A DNA stretch of 64,000 nt from contig LSRY02000013.1 in assembly GCA_001643675.2 (NCBI GenBank), positions 1,797,175-1,861,174 on the forward strand. Direction: 5' to 3'. A program made the translations under genes and the position numbers. The notes beneath the pieces are model-generated. The model was given only the letters and a program-made list of their open reading frames with translations, was not told where the DNA came from and made no database searches. Numbering within the stretch: position 1 is the first letter of the stretch; every line of letters begins with the position of its first letter. Positions 1 through 12,172 of this stretch are shown in pieces. Source of the DNA: Monocercomonoides exilis PA203. Taxonomy: Eukaryota > Protista > Preaxostyla.

Positions 1-37
<37 letters not shown>

Positions 38-433
38 CTGAAATCCTGAAATGAAAGATTAAGTTTTTATAAAAGGGATCAGACTAATCTCCAATTGTAC
101 ATAAACAAAACAAGTCCATTCAAATCTCCAAATTATATTCTTCTTTCTTCTATTGTTCAATGAAATGAATTTAATAACAAACTGAATTGGGTACAAAAAT
201 TTAGATGCTGAATTCACATTTGCGTGATATACAAAATAAACTGTGGAATTGCATTCCAATTTAAAAAAATAAATAATTAGATAGATATATATTTATTAAA
301 AGCAAGACAAATGAAAAACAAAAGATTTCAAAAATACAATGATTTACAAAATTAAATCTTTTTTTACAAAATCGAAAAATAAACAAACAAATAAATAAAT
401 AAATTATCTCAAATAGAATTGTTAATCTCAATT

Positions 434-2938
434 CTACTCCTGGGTGCTCATTTCAATTTCTTTGCTTCCATCTTTGTTTTCATCTTTGCTTCCCTCTTTC
501 TCTCCATCTTTGTTGCTTTTGGCTTTCCTTTTCTTGACAACCATCAAAACAACCACAACCACAACCACTGCAACAACAACAACGACAACTATCGGAACCA
601 CAATCGCAACAACAGTTCCCGCATTTGATTTCTTCTTGTCTTCTGGAGCAGGTTCTTCCTTACTCTTCAAATACTTTTCAAATGCATCCTCTGGCTCAGA
701 TTCTTCATCTATTGCTCCCACAATCCACCCAGCTGTTGAATTGTCATAATCGTTCGCAAACTCAAATGCACCGTCTTGTTTGCAGAACTCATCAAAATCT
801 GGGGCAATGATGCATATTGATCTCGCTGTTGAATTCGCTGTGTTTGAGCTGTCAATCTCAAGATTGTTTGCAGAAGGAAGCCGAAGATTCGATGTTGCCT
901 TTGGCATGCCAATGGATATTGCCCCAGCTTTCCCTTTTGGCGCTGTGCATGACTTGAATGTGCATTTGTTGTTTCTTCCAATTTCCACTGTAGATTCGTT
1001 CGAACTCAAAGAAATCTCCAAGCCAGCCGCTTCTCCTTTCTCTGAATTTGAATTTTTTATATTCAATCCTTCAATGCTAACAGCTGAAGGCGTGCTTCCT
1101 CCATCCTCAATGGTTATCGCTGCTCCATTTTGAATGTTCACGTTGCTGATGTCCACTCCATTCAACGAAGCTGAACTCACACTGCTGAAAGAAAATGGCG
1201 ATGAAGAAAACGTAACTGTATTTTTTTCATCTGTGCATGAAACAGTGTTCATTTCAACTATCCCGCCAGCAACGCTCACAAGACTGCCTACAACAACATC
1301 ATCCCCATCAGCATTTATCGTCATTTTCTCTGGCGATTGGGCTGCAACTCTGACAAATCTGCAATTGCTGATCGAAAGTGATGCCGACTTTTCATTTCCA
1401 AAAATCAAAGAATTCCATTTTTTTTCAGAAATGAGAAAGTTGAATGCCAAAGACTTGAATTCCACCTTTTGTTCACATGTAAATAAAGCACTTGAAGCGC
1501 TAACAGCGCAATCAATAGACACTTCTTCATTTCCATTTCCGTTGCTGTTCACTCCTTCAATGGTTATTCCCTTTTCGTTGCTAATTTCAATAACTTCTGC
1601 TTCGAACTGGCTGTCGTCTTTCACAATCTCCATGTAATATCCCTTTGAATATGGAATTTCATTTAGTTTACTGAATGCTCCGTTCAATGAACCCAATGGC
1701 GAATCACTTGTCCATCCATTTCCTGTTCCTTTGTTCTTAATAAATACCTTTCCGGTCGGATCAAAATAATTAAGCATAAAATCGTAAACTTTATCTGTGC
1801 CATCAACACATGCTGCAACATTCCACAAATTGTTATTCCGAGTATAATCTGATGCAAAACTCTTCTTCATTTCTGTTGCGAGGTCTCCGAATAATGAGTC
1901 ATTTGACATCATAAATAATAGTCCAGTGTCTCTTTTTGACTGACCTTCTCCGACTGTGCATTTGTCAAATTTCAGATTCCTCCCATCTTTGGGCCATTTA
2001 ATCTGACTTGCTGATTCAATTGCATGCATTCGTAGATATATTCCTCCAGAGCCATATTTAAAATCACCATGGCATGATGAAAAAGTTGTGACACCTCCAT
2101 CTCCAACAGTAAATGTGCTTTTGTCGCTGTCAGTTGTGAAAGACAAAATTTTGCTCGTGCTTTTTAAGTCCGAAAATGTGCTCCCATTCAATATAAGATC
2201 AACTTTGGTTTTTGCATAACCATTTACATTGATAACGGAGTCAGTATATATTCCATTATCATAATCATTAATTATTTCAATATTGTTCAAAGCTAGATTA
2301 GACAATATTATTGTGTCAGCGTTACTTATAGAAAACAGTTCGTACTTCGATTTAAATGCATTTTCTTCATCCAAGCATTCAACTGACTCCATCGTCAATG
2401 AACCTTGATATTGGTAAACAAGTCTAAAATCAATTACGTTTTCCACAGCTGGCCGAATAAATCTACAGCTGCTTATTGTCAAGCTTGCACGTTGCTCATT
2501 TATCAAAGCCAGTATTTCATCATTTTTAGGTTCTTTTGCCAATGTTGCTGGAAAATGGAAAGCTATACATTTGAATTCCATGTCGCAATAACAATTAAAT
2601 AGAGTTTGATTTGGATTTATGTCACAGTCCATTGCCACTTCAGTGTTTCCACTTCCTTCGTTATTTACTCCTTCAACCGTAACTTTTTGTTTATTTCTAA
2701 ATGTAACTGTATCCGCAGTTAATAATTCTGTATCATAAACGACTTTCATGAAACAAGCACAATTATCGCTCAGGAGTGAATATGCTGAATATAAAGATTG
2801 TTTTTCCTGATCAATATTCAATCCGCTATTTTTATTATCCCCGCTTTGCTTAACGAACACTGTTGTAACTAGTTGTGATGGTTCGTTTTGAGAATAAGCC
2901 GATATCACAATTTGGAAAAGTATTAATCCCCAGAACAT
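434..2938 (-). CDS. Type I membrane surface protein with two tandem ~370-aa beta-helix/pectin-lyase-like modules
   Basis: Intronless ORF with first ATG at 2938 (the track start at 2944 is TTG). N-terminal signal peptide MFWGLILFQIVISAYS. Internal duplication (VFVKQSG..VTVEGVNNEGSGNTEVAMDC vs VFIKNKG..ITIEGVNSNGNGNEEVSIDC). Val-rich TM helix followed by KKRK and a short charged tail. The fold is inferred. Confidence 0.8.
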   Translation of the reverse strand: MFWGLILFQIVISAYSQNEPSQLVTTVFVKQSGDNKNSGLNIDQEKQSLYSAYSLLSDNCACFMKVVYDTELLTADTVTFRNKQKVTVEGVNNEGSGNTEVAMDCDINPNQTLFNCYCDMEFKCIAFHFPATLAKEPKNDEILALINEQRASLTISSCRFIRPAVENVIDFRLVYQYQGSLTMESVECLDEENAFKSKYELFSISNADTIILSNLALNNIEIINDYDNGIYTDSVINVNGYAKTKVDLILNGSTFSDLKSTSKILSFTTDSDKSTFTVGDGGVTTFSSCHGDFKYGSGGIYLRMHAIESASQIKWPKDGRNLKFDKCTVGEGQSKRDTGLLFMMSNDSLFGDLATEMKKSFASDYTRNNNLWNVAACVDGTDKVYDFMLNYFDPTGKVFIKNKGTGNGWTSDSPLGSLNGAFSKLNEIPYSKGYYMEIVKDDSQFEAEVIEISNEKGITIEGVNSNGNGNEEVSIDCAVSASSALFTCEQKVEFKSLAFNFLISEKKWNSLIFGNEKSASLSISNCRFVRVAAQSPEKMTINADGDDVVVGSLVSVAGGIVEMNTVSCTDEKNTVTFSSSPFSFSSVSSASLNGVDISNVNIQNGAAITIEDGGSTPSAVSIEGLNIKNSNSEKGEAAGLEISLSSNESTVEIGRNNKCTFKSCTAPKGKAGAISIGMPKATSNLRLPSANNLEIDSSNTANSTARSICIIAPDFDEFCKQDGAFEFANDYDNSTAGWIVGAIDEESEPEDAFEKYLKSKEEPAPEDKKKSNAGTVVAIVVPIVVVVVVAVVVVVVVLMVVKKRKAKSNKDGEKEGSKDENKDGSKEIEMSTQE

Positions 2939-3376
2939 CTTCAAATAACGCTTTTTTCAATTTTTATTTTGATCAATATTTGTATAAAACGAAAATTTGA
3001 AAAACATAATTAGATAAAAAGAATTTCAAACAAAATAAAACGTCAAAAATTTTGAATGAAATATAAATTGTTTTTCTCAATAAAACAAATTTTTGATATT
3101 AAATTTGTCAGCAAAATTTCTATTTATCTTTCATAAAGATTCAATTGATTATTCTTTCTGTAACTTTATTGTTTGCAAAGAAGTTCAGTCCTTTTTTGCT
3201 TCAAATTTTCGTCTTATGTTTTGCTTGAAAAATTATGATCAAATCATTTCATTGAGAAATATTAAATCAAAAAATTTTTGATATAATGAATAGCATTTTA
3301 TCTTTTATTACCCAGTTCGATAAAAAAGGATATAATTGAAGAAAAAATGTAAAAGATATGACAAAGATTATTGTTA

Positions 3377-3753
3377 CAGACATCGCATAAAATACCGGAC
3401 AAGATCGATTTCTCAACAACTGAAAGAAGAAAAATTCTGACTATTTTCCTCAAAATACATCTCAATGATACAAACTCAATTGATAAACGAGACTTTTCAA
3501 ATAGCTTCGCTTGAGCTCAGAAAAAATATATATCGAAATCTCGGAGAAACTCAAAATCCTGTTTCTCTCGGAATTTAATAATAATATTCTCTAAGCACAA
3601 ATGAAGCTATTTTGAAAGACTCGTTTATCAAATGAGTTTGCATTAATGAAATGTATTTTGAGGAAAATAGTCAGAATTTTTCTTCTTTCAGTTATTGAGA
3701 AATCGATCTTGTCCGGTATTTTGTGCGATGTCCCGTATTTTATGCGATATCTG
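3377..3753. mobile_element. MITE, Tc1/mariner/pogo type (TA TSD, ~150-bp imperfect TIRs)
   Basis: TA|CAGACATCGCATAAAATACCGGACAAGATCG... at the left end and ...GCGATATCTG|TA at the right. The arms are reverse complements for about 150 bp. The right arm has an extra ~20-bp subterminal repeat. Confidence 0.85.
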
Positions 3754-3777
3754 TATATTCAGATTTTATGAACATAT

Positions 3778-4034
3778 GGGTGATTATTTTTGAAATCACA
3801 TTTTTTTCCGGGATGTTGATTTTTCAAAGAATGTTTGTTTTTTGAAAGAAAATTCTTAATCAAAAGAAAAAAAGCATGATAATTGTTTTCATATACAAAT
3901 GTTAGGATAAAACAAAAGATAAAAATGATTTGAATAAGCCTTTTCACTCTTCAGTGTTCTTTTATTATTATTCGAGAGATATTTTTGAACCGAAGTTTTT
4001 GAATGTTGTAATTTGATTTCAAAAATAATCACCC
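3778..4034. mobile_element. MITE with GGG...CCC termini, 21-bp TIR and 4-bp TSD (ATAT)
   Basis: ATAT|GGGTGATTATTTTTGAAATCA ... TGATTTCAAAAATAATCACCC|ATAT. The terminus resembles that of the element at 4796-8616 (GGGTCATTATTTTTCATATC). Confidence 0.75.
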
Positions 4035-4795
4035 ATATATTTGTGGGTATTCTTTAATGAATAGTCACAAAAGATCGAAAATTTCAACCATTGCTGCTAT
4101 AAAAAAAAAACTCCGTTTTCATTTTTTATCTTGAAAATTGTTTTGTTCAATATTCATTTGTTTGTGTTTACATGAAAAACTTCACAGTTCCAATAAAAAC
4201 GGAGAAGAAAAAAATGTTTTATTGGGTTATCATTTAACCCCAACCCATTTTTTTATTCTGACCCAAATTTTTGAAGTGAAAAATTTAGAAAAACTTAAAA
4301 AAATACAAAAGAAGAATCAATTCTTCGAATTATCTTTCTTTTTCCTGGTTTTCTTTGCATCTCTTCGTTTTCCTCTTCGTTTGGGTCATCAAAAACAACA
4401 TCAGAGCGTTTTATTTTGATTTTATGTTTGAATTCAACCATTTCATCTTTTTCGTTTTCTATCACCTGTTTCATATCTTTTTCATTCTCCATTTCTTCAT
4501 TTCTCCCTAAAAATCTTTCCCAATCGTCGAGAAGTTCTTTTTTTTTGTAATTAACTTTCCAAAATAATCGAAATGGTTGCGATGGGAAGGAAGAGGGTAT
4601 TTTGATGATTCAGGTAGTTTGCGAAGAACCGGACCGAACGTATTGTGAAGTACTCCGCTTTGTATAAAAGCTTTATAAATGACAGAAGGAGTGAAAGTGG
4701 AGTGAATTGCTTGAGGAAGCACGTCGACAAGTGCTTTTCTCGAAGCAGACGATGAAGTTGACGATGGAACATCAAATGATGAAGAAAGAGAAGTT

Positions 4796-7700
4796 GGGTC
4801 ATTATTTTTCATATCGTAACTTTGTTCGAAGAAAGATCTTTTTTTTAATAATTGTGGTATAATGAGAAAAAAATTAAAAATACATGTTTATTAATGAATA
4901 GAAAAAGATTCGTGATTGAATTTTTGAAAACCAAGTCACTTTGAGTAAACAAAAAAAATTCCATTATAACATTTAATTTTTGAGTTATTTCTTTTATTTG
5001 AATTATTTGATATCACAACATCTAACAAAACCAATTATTGTTTGCAGATAATTACAATTTGAGTATGATTTAATGACATTATATTTTTAAATGATTTGAA
5101 TTTCTTATTGTTTGTATTTAAATGAATAATTGATTTATAAAATTTAGAAGCGAAATTGATGAATTTATTCTTTTGTGCAATTTTTTTTAAACCTTATTCA
5201 GTTATGAACGATCAGAATTAAATTTTGGACGATTCGAGAGGTTAAAGAGAAATATTGTTTTTTAATATATAATTGTTTAGTTTTTTGGATGATGAAACGA
5301 ACAACTTAAAAATATTTTCGTCAAATCTTGACTATTTCAAATTATCTTTTTATGCATTTCGGATAATATATGATTCGTGATTACAATGTTTAATTAAGCT
5401 GTAAATACACTTTTCATCGTTTTTTGTTTTTTCTGCACTTCAATCTTCAAACCTTATTATTTTTAAAGAAAAGTTTTTTGTTTTTACAATATACACTTTA
5501 TTTGTCTTTATGAAATTACACATTTGTCTGTATTCTTATTAGATCTATATGTTTTTGATATGTTTGAAAGAAGAACTTGTAAAATATAACACATAAAAGT
5601 TATGCCTCATAACGCATATAATAAACTTTTGTAATTTCAAAAAAATATCAATTTTAATTTACCAGTGTTCATGTTAAATGAAGAAAATAGATAAAACTTA
5701 AAATAAAAGTGTCGAAAATTTTGTAATATCAATAAAAGCAAAAAAGAATCTGTCTTATCGGTTAGCTTCATTTTTTCCACCAGCATCGTTTTCATAGCAG
5801 TTGTTGAACGAACAAAATTTCACTGAAAGTGTCACAGCTGCCAGATTTAACATATGAATAGCACCTCCACATGATATTCCATCTGTAACTGTGCCTTGAT
5901 TTCCAGTGGTTTTTGACCCATTCCACACACACCAAGTGAACGAATTCACCGCATTGTCTGCTATCTGCTGTCTCCCTGGCTTCGATGGATTCCCCTCGCT
6001 CCCGCTGACTGCAACATTCTGAGACCGATAGCACCTGACAAACGAGGTGTTCGAGGCAGACAAGGATGATGAGGGGCTGTTCAGTGAGGGGACAATGCCC
6101 CCATCATAAACATCCAACACCGACACAAATTCACACCCATTCATCAGAAACATTCTTTCGCTCAGCCCTTCACCCAGTTGTCTTGTTTTCGATGGATTTG
6201 AGGAGATGTTGAAGAAGGTCAGTCGGGTGAGTGTCACAAGGCGTGTCAGGGGAGGTGCCAGAAACGGGGTTGAAGACACACAAAAAGATGAGAAATCCGA
6301 CTCACTCACCAATACGCTCCCTCCTCCTTCACTTTCTTCTCCTCTTTCTTCTCCACGTCTTCCTCCACCTCCTCGTTGTACTCCTCTCTTTCCTCCTTCA
6401 CCTCTTCCTCCTCCTCGTCCTCATCCTCCTATTCCTCCCCCACCTTCTCTCTCACTCCCCGTCTTCCCCATCCCTCTCAATTAAATATTCCTCAGCAACT
6501 CAAATTATTCAACAACACTTTTCTTGCCCTTTCTGCTGCTCATAAAAGTAATTTCATAAAAAAATAAAACTGAATCTTTGCTGTTAATGCATTTTTGTAA
6601 TGATAATCCTATTAAGCTCTTTCCCAAACTGATTTCGCTGATTTCCCTTCAGTCGCCATCTTCTGATGTTATTCTGCTTTTCTTCGCTACTTTTGGAAAA
6701 TGCCTGCAAAAACACTTTTGTCTAAGCAAGTGAAATAATAATAATAATAATAATAAAATCAAAGGAAAAACTCTGCCAAATAAAAACACGCACACACAAA
6801 AAGAAAATAAGATTTATGCCTTTATTGCTCGTTAATCTCTACTTCTTTGGTCAAAGAATCGCTGCATTCATTGTCATCTCGTCCCTTCCGTCATTTCCAA
6901 CAAAAACAAAACATCCATGAATCTCCATCCACAAATATTATCCTTTTAATTAATATTCTGGAGGATATTCTCATTTTCTTTTTCAAACTTTCCCCAAATT
7001 TTTGAATTTTATCAGGTAAAAATTCATTTCTCCAATATTTTCATCTAAAACCCCTTCCCTTTCATCCATCTCCTCTTTTTATTCCTTTTCTCTTGATTCA
7101 TCTCCTCATCTCTTCATCTCTTCATCCCATTCTTTCGAATTCACATCTCCGTTCCTAGCCATATTTCCTCTCTCCAATTTCAAAAACATTCCATCTCTTC
7201 TTCGACCCATCCAAAACCAACAATGCACGCTTTCTTTTCGCCCTTCTTCTCTCAAAGCTTCTTCAAATAATAATCCCTTTCTTCCATTTGCTCGCAATTT
7301 AGCTAAACTTCAACCGCAGCTGCAGAGGCTTGAACATTCCTTTCCGGCAAGAAAAAAACAAACAATGAGTGTATTTTGACGTTTTTTTGCTCCAATCGAA
7401 AAGCGCAGAATCATCGTTCTTATCTTCTTTGTTATAGTTCAATGGCTGTACGGCGTCTGCTGCAGCTGAATTTTTTTAAAACAAACCAAAGAAGAAGAAG
7501 AAGAAGGGGAAGATGACGAAGACGAAGATGAGGAAGAGAAAGAAGAGGAAGAAGAAGCTGATGAAGAAGCAATGAAGATAAATGAATAAATAATCGTTGT
7601 GGAATCGCATGTTTTGTCTCTTCGGGATTAAGTCCGAATACTTCGCAGCTCCTCCATTCCTTTACTGCCATCCTTCCAAAGCTCCTCCTTTCCATCGCTC

Positions 7701-8616
7701 TCTCACACAAAATATTCCTCCTTTTCACTTTTCGTTCCTCTTCACTCAGCAGCAAGGCCTCGCAGCATCTGTCGGCGCACCTTCATCATTTTCCTAGGAA
7801 TCCCCTTCCGCTTTGCCTCCTTCTCCATTTCTCATTCAACTTTCCTTCTTCATCAACATCCCTATCTTACCCATGCCCAGCGCTCAAAAATCTTGCAATA
7901 ACCCCAATCTTTATGTCCGCCTTCCACTTCAACCTCCCATTTCTTGCAGAATGCCCATTTAACAAACAAATATACAATTTAACAAGAAAATCAATAACCA
8001 AACAAAATAAACAAATGAAAATAAAGAGACAAACATCTGACTGATAATTTCCACCACATTTTTTCTCTTTTATTCACATTCTTCTTTTGAATTATGTCAC
8101 TTCCATCAGAAAGTCCATTAACATCATTTTCGCTTTTAATTCCTTATCAAGTCACATTGCTTCTCTTTAACCTCTCGAATCGTCCAAAATTTAATTCTGA
8201 TCGTTCATAACTGAATAAGGTTTAAAAAAAATTGCACAAAAGAATAAATTCATCAATTTCGCTTCTAAATTTTATAAATCAATTATTCATTTAAATACAA
8301 ACAATAAGTAATTCAAATCATTTAAAAATATAATGTCATTAAATCATACTCAAATTGTAATTATCTGCAAACAATAATTGGTTTTGTTAGATGTTGTGAT
8401 ATCAAATAATTCAAATAAAAGAAATAACTCAAAAATTAAATGTTATAATGGAATTTTTTTTGTTTACTCAAAGTGACTTGGTTTTCAAAAATTCAATCAC
8501 GAATCTTTTTCTATTCATTAATAAACATGTATTTTTAATTTTTTTCTCATTATACCACAATTATTAAAAAAAAGATCTTTCTTCGAACAAAGTTACGATA
8601 TGAAAAATAATGACCC
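4796..8616. mobile_element. Non-autonomous DNA transposon with 456-bp TIRs and 4-bp TSD AGTT (Sola-like), carrying host DNA
   Basis: 4796-5251 is the near-perfect reverse complement of 8161-8616 (one mismatch noticed). Termini are GGGTCA...TGACCC, with AGTT at 4792-4795 and 8617-8620. There is no transposase inside. Confidence 0.9.
5755..6580 (-). pseudogene. 5' fragment of a beta-helix surface protein gene inside the TIR element
   Basis: LSASNTSFVRC..SFTWCVWNGSKTTG..GGAIHM..LSVKFCSFNNC motifs typical of right-handed beta-helix proteins. The upstream part is acidic, low-complexity and contains stops. The 3' end is truncated at about 5770. Confidence 0.65.
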
Positions 8617-10139
8617 AGTTTTGAGAGTCGCAAATACTCCTCTATCGAGTGGTTGAGACAAATGGGTGCTGTGGGGGATGAATGTTACGACATCTATGTT
8701 ATTCTCTGAGAAAGTTTTCCAAATTGAAGGATCACCGCGTGAAGGATGAGAGTCGATGAAAAGAAGACATTTCTCTGTTTCCAGTGACATGCGCTTTCTT
8801 CTTTCTACGATGGAAGGGAGAAGAACTGTTCCCGCATATTTCTTGAAGTTTTGCTTGTCCATCCAGCCACTTTTATTAGGCCAGATGTCCAGAGTTGGAG
8901 AGAGAAGAGGCTTCAGTTCGTCCGGTTGTTTAACGCTTGGCCAGAGAATGATGCAAGGCGATGAATAACCATCTGCAGCCACTGCAGCAACAAGTGTTGC
9001 ATTGTTAATTCTTTGTGCTTCTTTGCAATACCCAGCGCTTTGTCCAGATGGATGGATAACTTCAATATTTGTAGAAGATGTAACTCGCAAAGATGATTCA
9101 TCAACGTTAAATATTAATGAAGGTGTGTAATGATTTTTTCATGTTATTCTGTCACCATTTGATACCAGGGCTTCATCACACTTTTGCATGACACAGCAAG
9201 CCGATTTATATTTTAGCTTTTTGGTTTGCTCTTCATTAACTCAGGATACAGCTTCAAAAACCCGGACGCCGCAGCATTTGAAACCTTTATATAGTGCTCG
9301 TTTTCTTCTTTTGTATCGTTTTAAACATTTTACATCTAAAGAAAAAATGTTATTTTTACAATAAAAAACTTGAGCAAACCAATTCTCTTGTTTTCTTCAT
9401 TGTAAAACTGCTCCCGCAAATAGAATCAATTTTGATCACATCCAGAACTGTTTCTTCTTTCTCTTTGCTGATTGTCTGCGGTCTCCCTGGTTTTCCAACT
9501 TACCTTTTAGTTCTCAACGCCCGAACGGCGTTTTTAATACTGCTGCGGCTGAACTGCTTGGAATTGATGGCGTCAGTGATCCTGACGACGCCATCATACA
9601 CAATATGTGCCATTCGTTCTAGTTTGTTTTTGTATTTTCTGGATTGAAAAGATATCATGGCATGCTTTAATTTTGTCTGCCCTGCTTTTCTTTTTTCTTC
9701 AACAAGAATTTTCATTTTTTATTTTAAGGTTTTGATCTAATTTTCATTTTTTTTAAAAAAAAAAATGAATTTCAAAAAAAAACCCAAAAAAAATATATTT
9801 TGAATGAACAAAGTGGCTTTACACCCCTTGAAACCAACCAATTTCTCGAGGAAGCTTGAAGGATGGTTTTCAACAACCCCCCTACCTACCCTTATCTCCC
9901 CCAATTAAAAGTAGGCTTCATTTCAAAACACATTTTAAAAATTCAATATAGATTCCTTTTATACAAAAAATCAAGTTATTATTTCAAAAAGTGGGATATA
10001 AACCTTTTGAAATAAAAAAAAAGGTCAGAGTAAAAAAAAAAAGGTGGGGGTTAAATAATAACACTAATATTTTTTGATCACTAAAAAAATTGATTTTCTC
10101 GCATATTGCATAAGTTATTTTTCTTCGACACATAAAACA

Positions 10140-10775
10140 CTAGGGAACGTTTTTGATGTGCAGAATATCTCTGAAATTTCAATATTGAAAAACAAAGGTA
10201 TTTTTTTGAAATGTTATTTTTTCAATTATTCTCTTTATTTGGGTTCAGGTTATTCAAATGATGCACAATATCTGTCAGAGACTGATGTTAATTACTTGAT
10301 TGAGCAGATTGCATTGTTGGAAGTGAAAAGATTACAGTCAGGACTTTCTACAGTGAAAAACACATTTTTGGGATTGCACAATTCTACAGTTGGACTGAAA
10401 AATGTGGCAATTGAACATTCTTCTTCAACATGTGTGCTAATAACAGACAAATCGACTGTAACAATGGATTCCTGCATTTCCCACCAAAAATCGGAATCTC
10501 CGTTTCTTTTGCAAAGTGGGGCAATCTGTTTCACAAATGTGAGTTTTGTCCCCCAAAAGAATCTAAACCCTTCCAGCCTCATATTTTCATCTGATGATTC
10601 AAATTGTGTTATTTTCAGAAATTCCATCGTTGCAGATCTGGCTGTCTCATCATCAGACTATTTCCTGTTGTCAGGAAAGAGCAAAATGGAACAGATTTAT
10701 GATTGTGCCTTCAGGAACATTTCGGTGAAATATGACAAAAACATTCCAATCAAACGGATCAATAATTCTTTTTGA
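10140..10775 (+). pseudogene. N-terminal fragment of a beta-helix-type protein
   Basis: VGLKNVAIEHSSSTCVLITDKSTVTMDSC..CFTNVSF..FRNSIVADL..CAFRNISV resembles the N-terminus of the same superfamily and ends abruptly. The start is uncertain. Confidence 0.45.
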
Positions 10776-11515
10776 GGTTTCTGGAGTTGAATATTTGATT
10801 TTTTGTGGGCTTTCAAAGTTTATCGGAAGTGGACGCAAAATAATGCAGTGCTTTCCGCAGAACTGATTTATGTTCAGAATTACTTGTTAAAGAGAAGAAA
10901 AGTGAACTGGAAGAAGATTATCTTCACAACTTCATTGTTTTCGCTTTCTTCGGCAAATGAAATTTCATTGAAATCTTATGTGATTTTGATGAAATTGAAA
11001 GAGCAATTACATTGCTTTTGATTTCAGCAAGAGAAACGTTAATGGACGCAAGTAAAGAATCACCATATGAACGGATAACTATAGAGAATTTGCTCTCTTA
11101 ACTAATGATGACTTTTTCCGCAAAGTTGACTGGGTCGCAGATGTTCAAAAAGCTGGAGACCTTTCAAAAGTTATATTTTGATATTTTTTTGAAGAGAGAA
11201 CAAGCGAATGCGAGCCAGCAGTTCATTATTGTGCAGAAGAAGGAAAATAGTAAAGAAAACATCTTTATCAACCCGAAGAAGACTTGACATCTAACGGAAA
11301 GCAGATGATGCAACTGTCGGATACACAGAACAATTCTTTTGACAGATCCGATTTTTCATTCTCTTCTTGGCAATCATCGAATGAACCAGGGTTAACAACC
11401 AGATCGTCCATTCATTGCTATAGACTTGGAAGATCCCACACTTTATTTTCATTTCAATATCAAGGGAAAACTTTACTGAATCGCAACTTCTTCAATTACA
11501 GCAAACTCGTCCATC

Positions 11516-11542
11516 TTCTCTCTCTCTTTCTCTCTTTCTCTC

Positions 11543-11603
<61 letters not shown>

Positions 11604-11635
11604 CTCTCTCTCTCTCTCTCCCTCTCTCTCTCTCT
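11516..11635. repeat. (CT)n/(CTTT)n microsatellite
   Basis: Seen directly. Confidence 0.9.
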
Positions 11636-12025
11636 GTCCGAATTTTAAAGAAACAATTCCCCCCATCAAATGACAAATTCCAATTCTACACCAGACTTTT
11701 CACTTTTCACTCCTCTCTCTTCAATTAGCAATCGTCCTCTCTCTTCTTCTCCTCCTTCTTTTCTTTTCTCTCTCCTCCAAAACAGCCTGTTCCCAATAAA
11801 ATGTGACACTCATCTCTCCATCCTGCTGTATTATCCGCTCCACTCCACAACTGGCTCCCCCACAATCCCCTCCCGCTCTTCACTCATCTCCTTCTTCTCT
11901 CCAATCACTTTTATTATCATATGATTGTCCCGCCAGCTACCATACAAATTATAACAACTAGCTTTCACACACATCTTGGATGAGCATGGACTCTCTGTAG
12001 AGATTTCACATCCAAAATCTGTCAT

Positions 12026-12172
12026 TCCTCTTCCTCTTCCTCTTCCTCTTCCTCTTCCTCTTCCTCTTCCTCAACCCTTCGACTCTTGTTGGTTCCTCAG
12101 CCTTCTTCTTATTTTCTTCTTCTTCTTCTTCTTCTTCTTCAATCTCTCCTTCTCTTTTTTCTTCTTCTTCTT
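12026..12172. repeat. (CCTCTT)n and (CTT)n microsatellites
   Basis: Seen directly. Confidence 0.85.

Larger units (their letters stand above)
4295..9715 (-). pseudogene. pogo/Tigger-like (DDE_1, CENP-B-like) transposase, decayed and split by the 4796-8616 insertion
   Basis: N-terminal HTH-like part at ~9400-9715 (..R*VGKPGRPQTISKEKEE.., with an in-frame stop). Catalytic motifs FNVDESS, NKSGWMDK, LLFIDSHPSR and FIPHSTHLSQPLDRGVFATLK at ~8620-9120. The C-terminal part (ALVDVLPQAIHSTFTPSVIYKAFIQSGV) resumes below 4795. Confidence 0.85.

Noticed and set aside
1-32. Poly-A run as a retroposon tail
   Set aside because: It lies at the window edge, so no element body or TSD can be seen.
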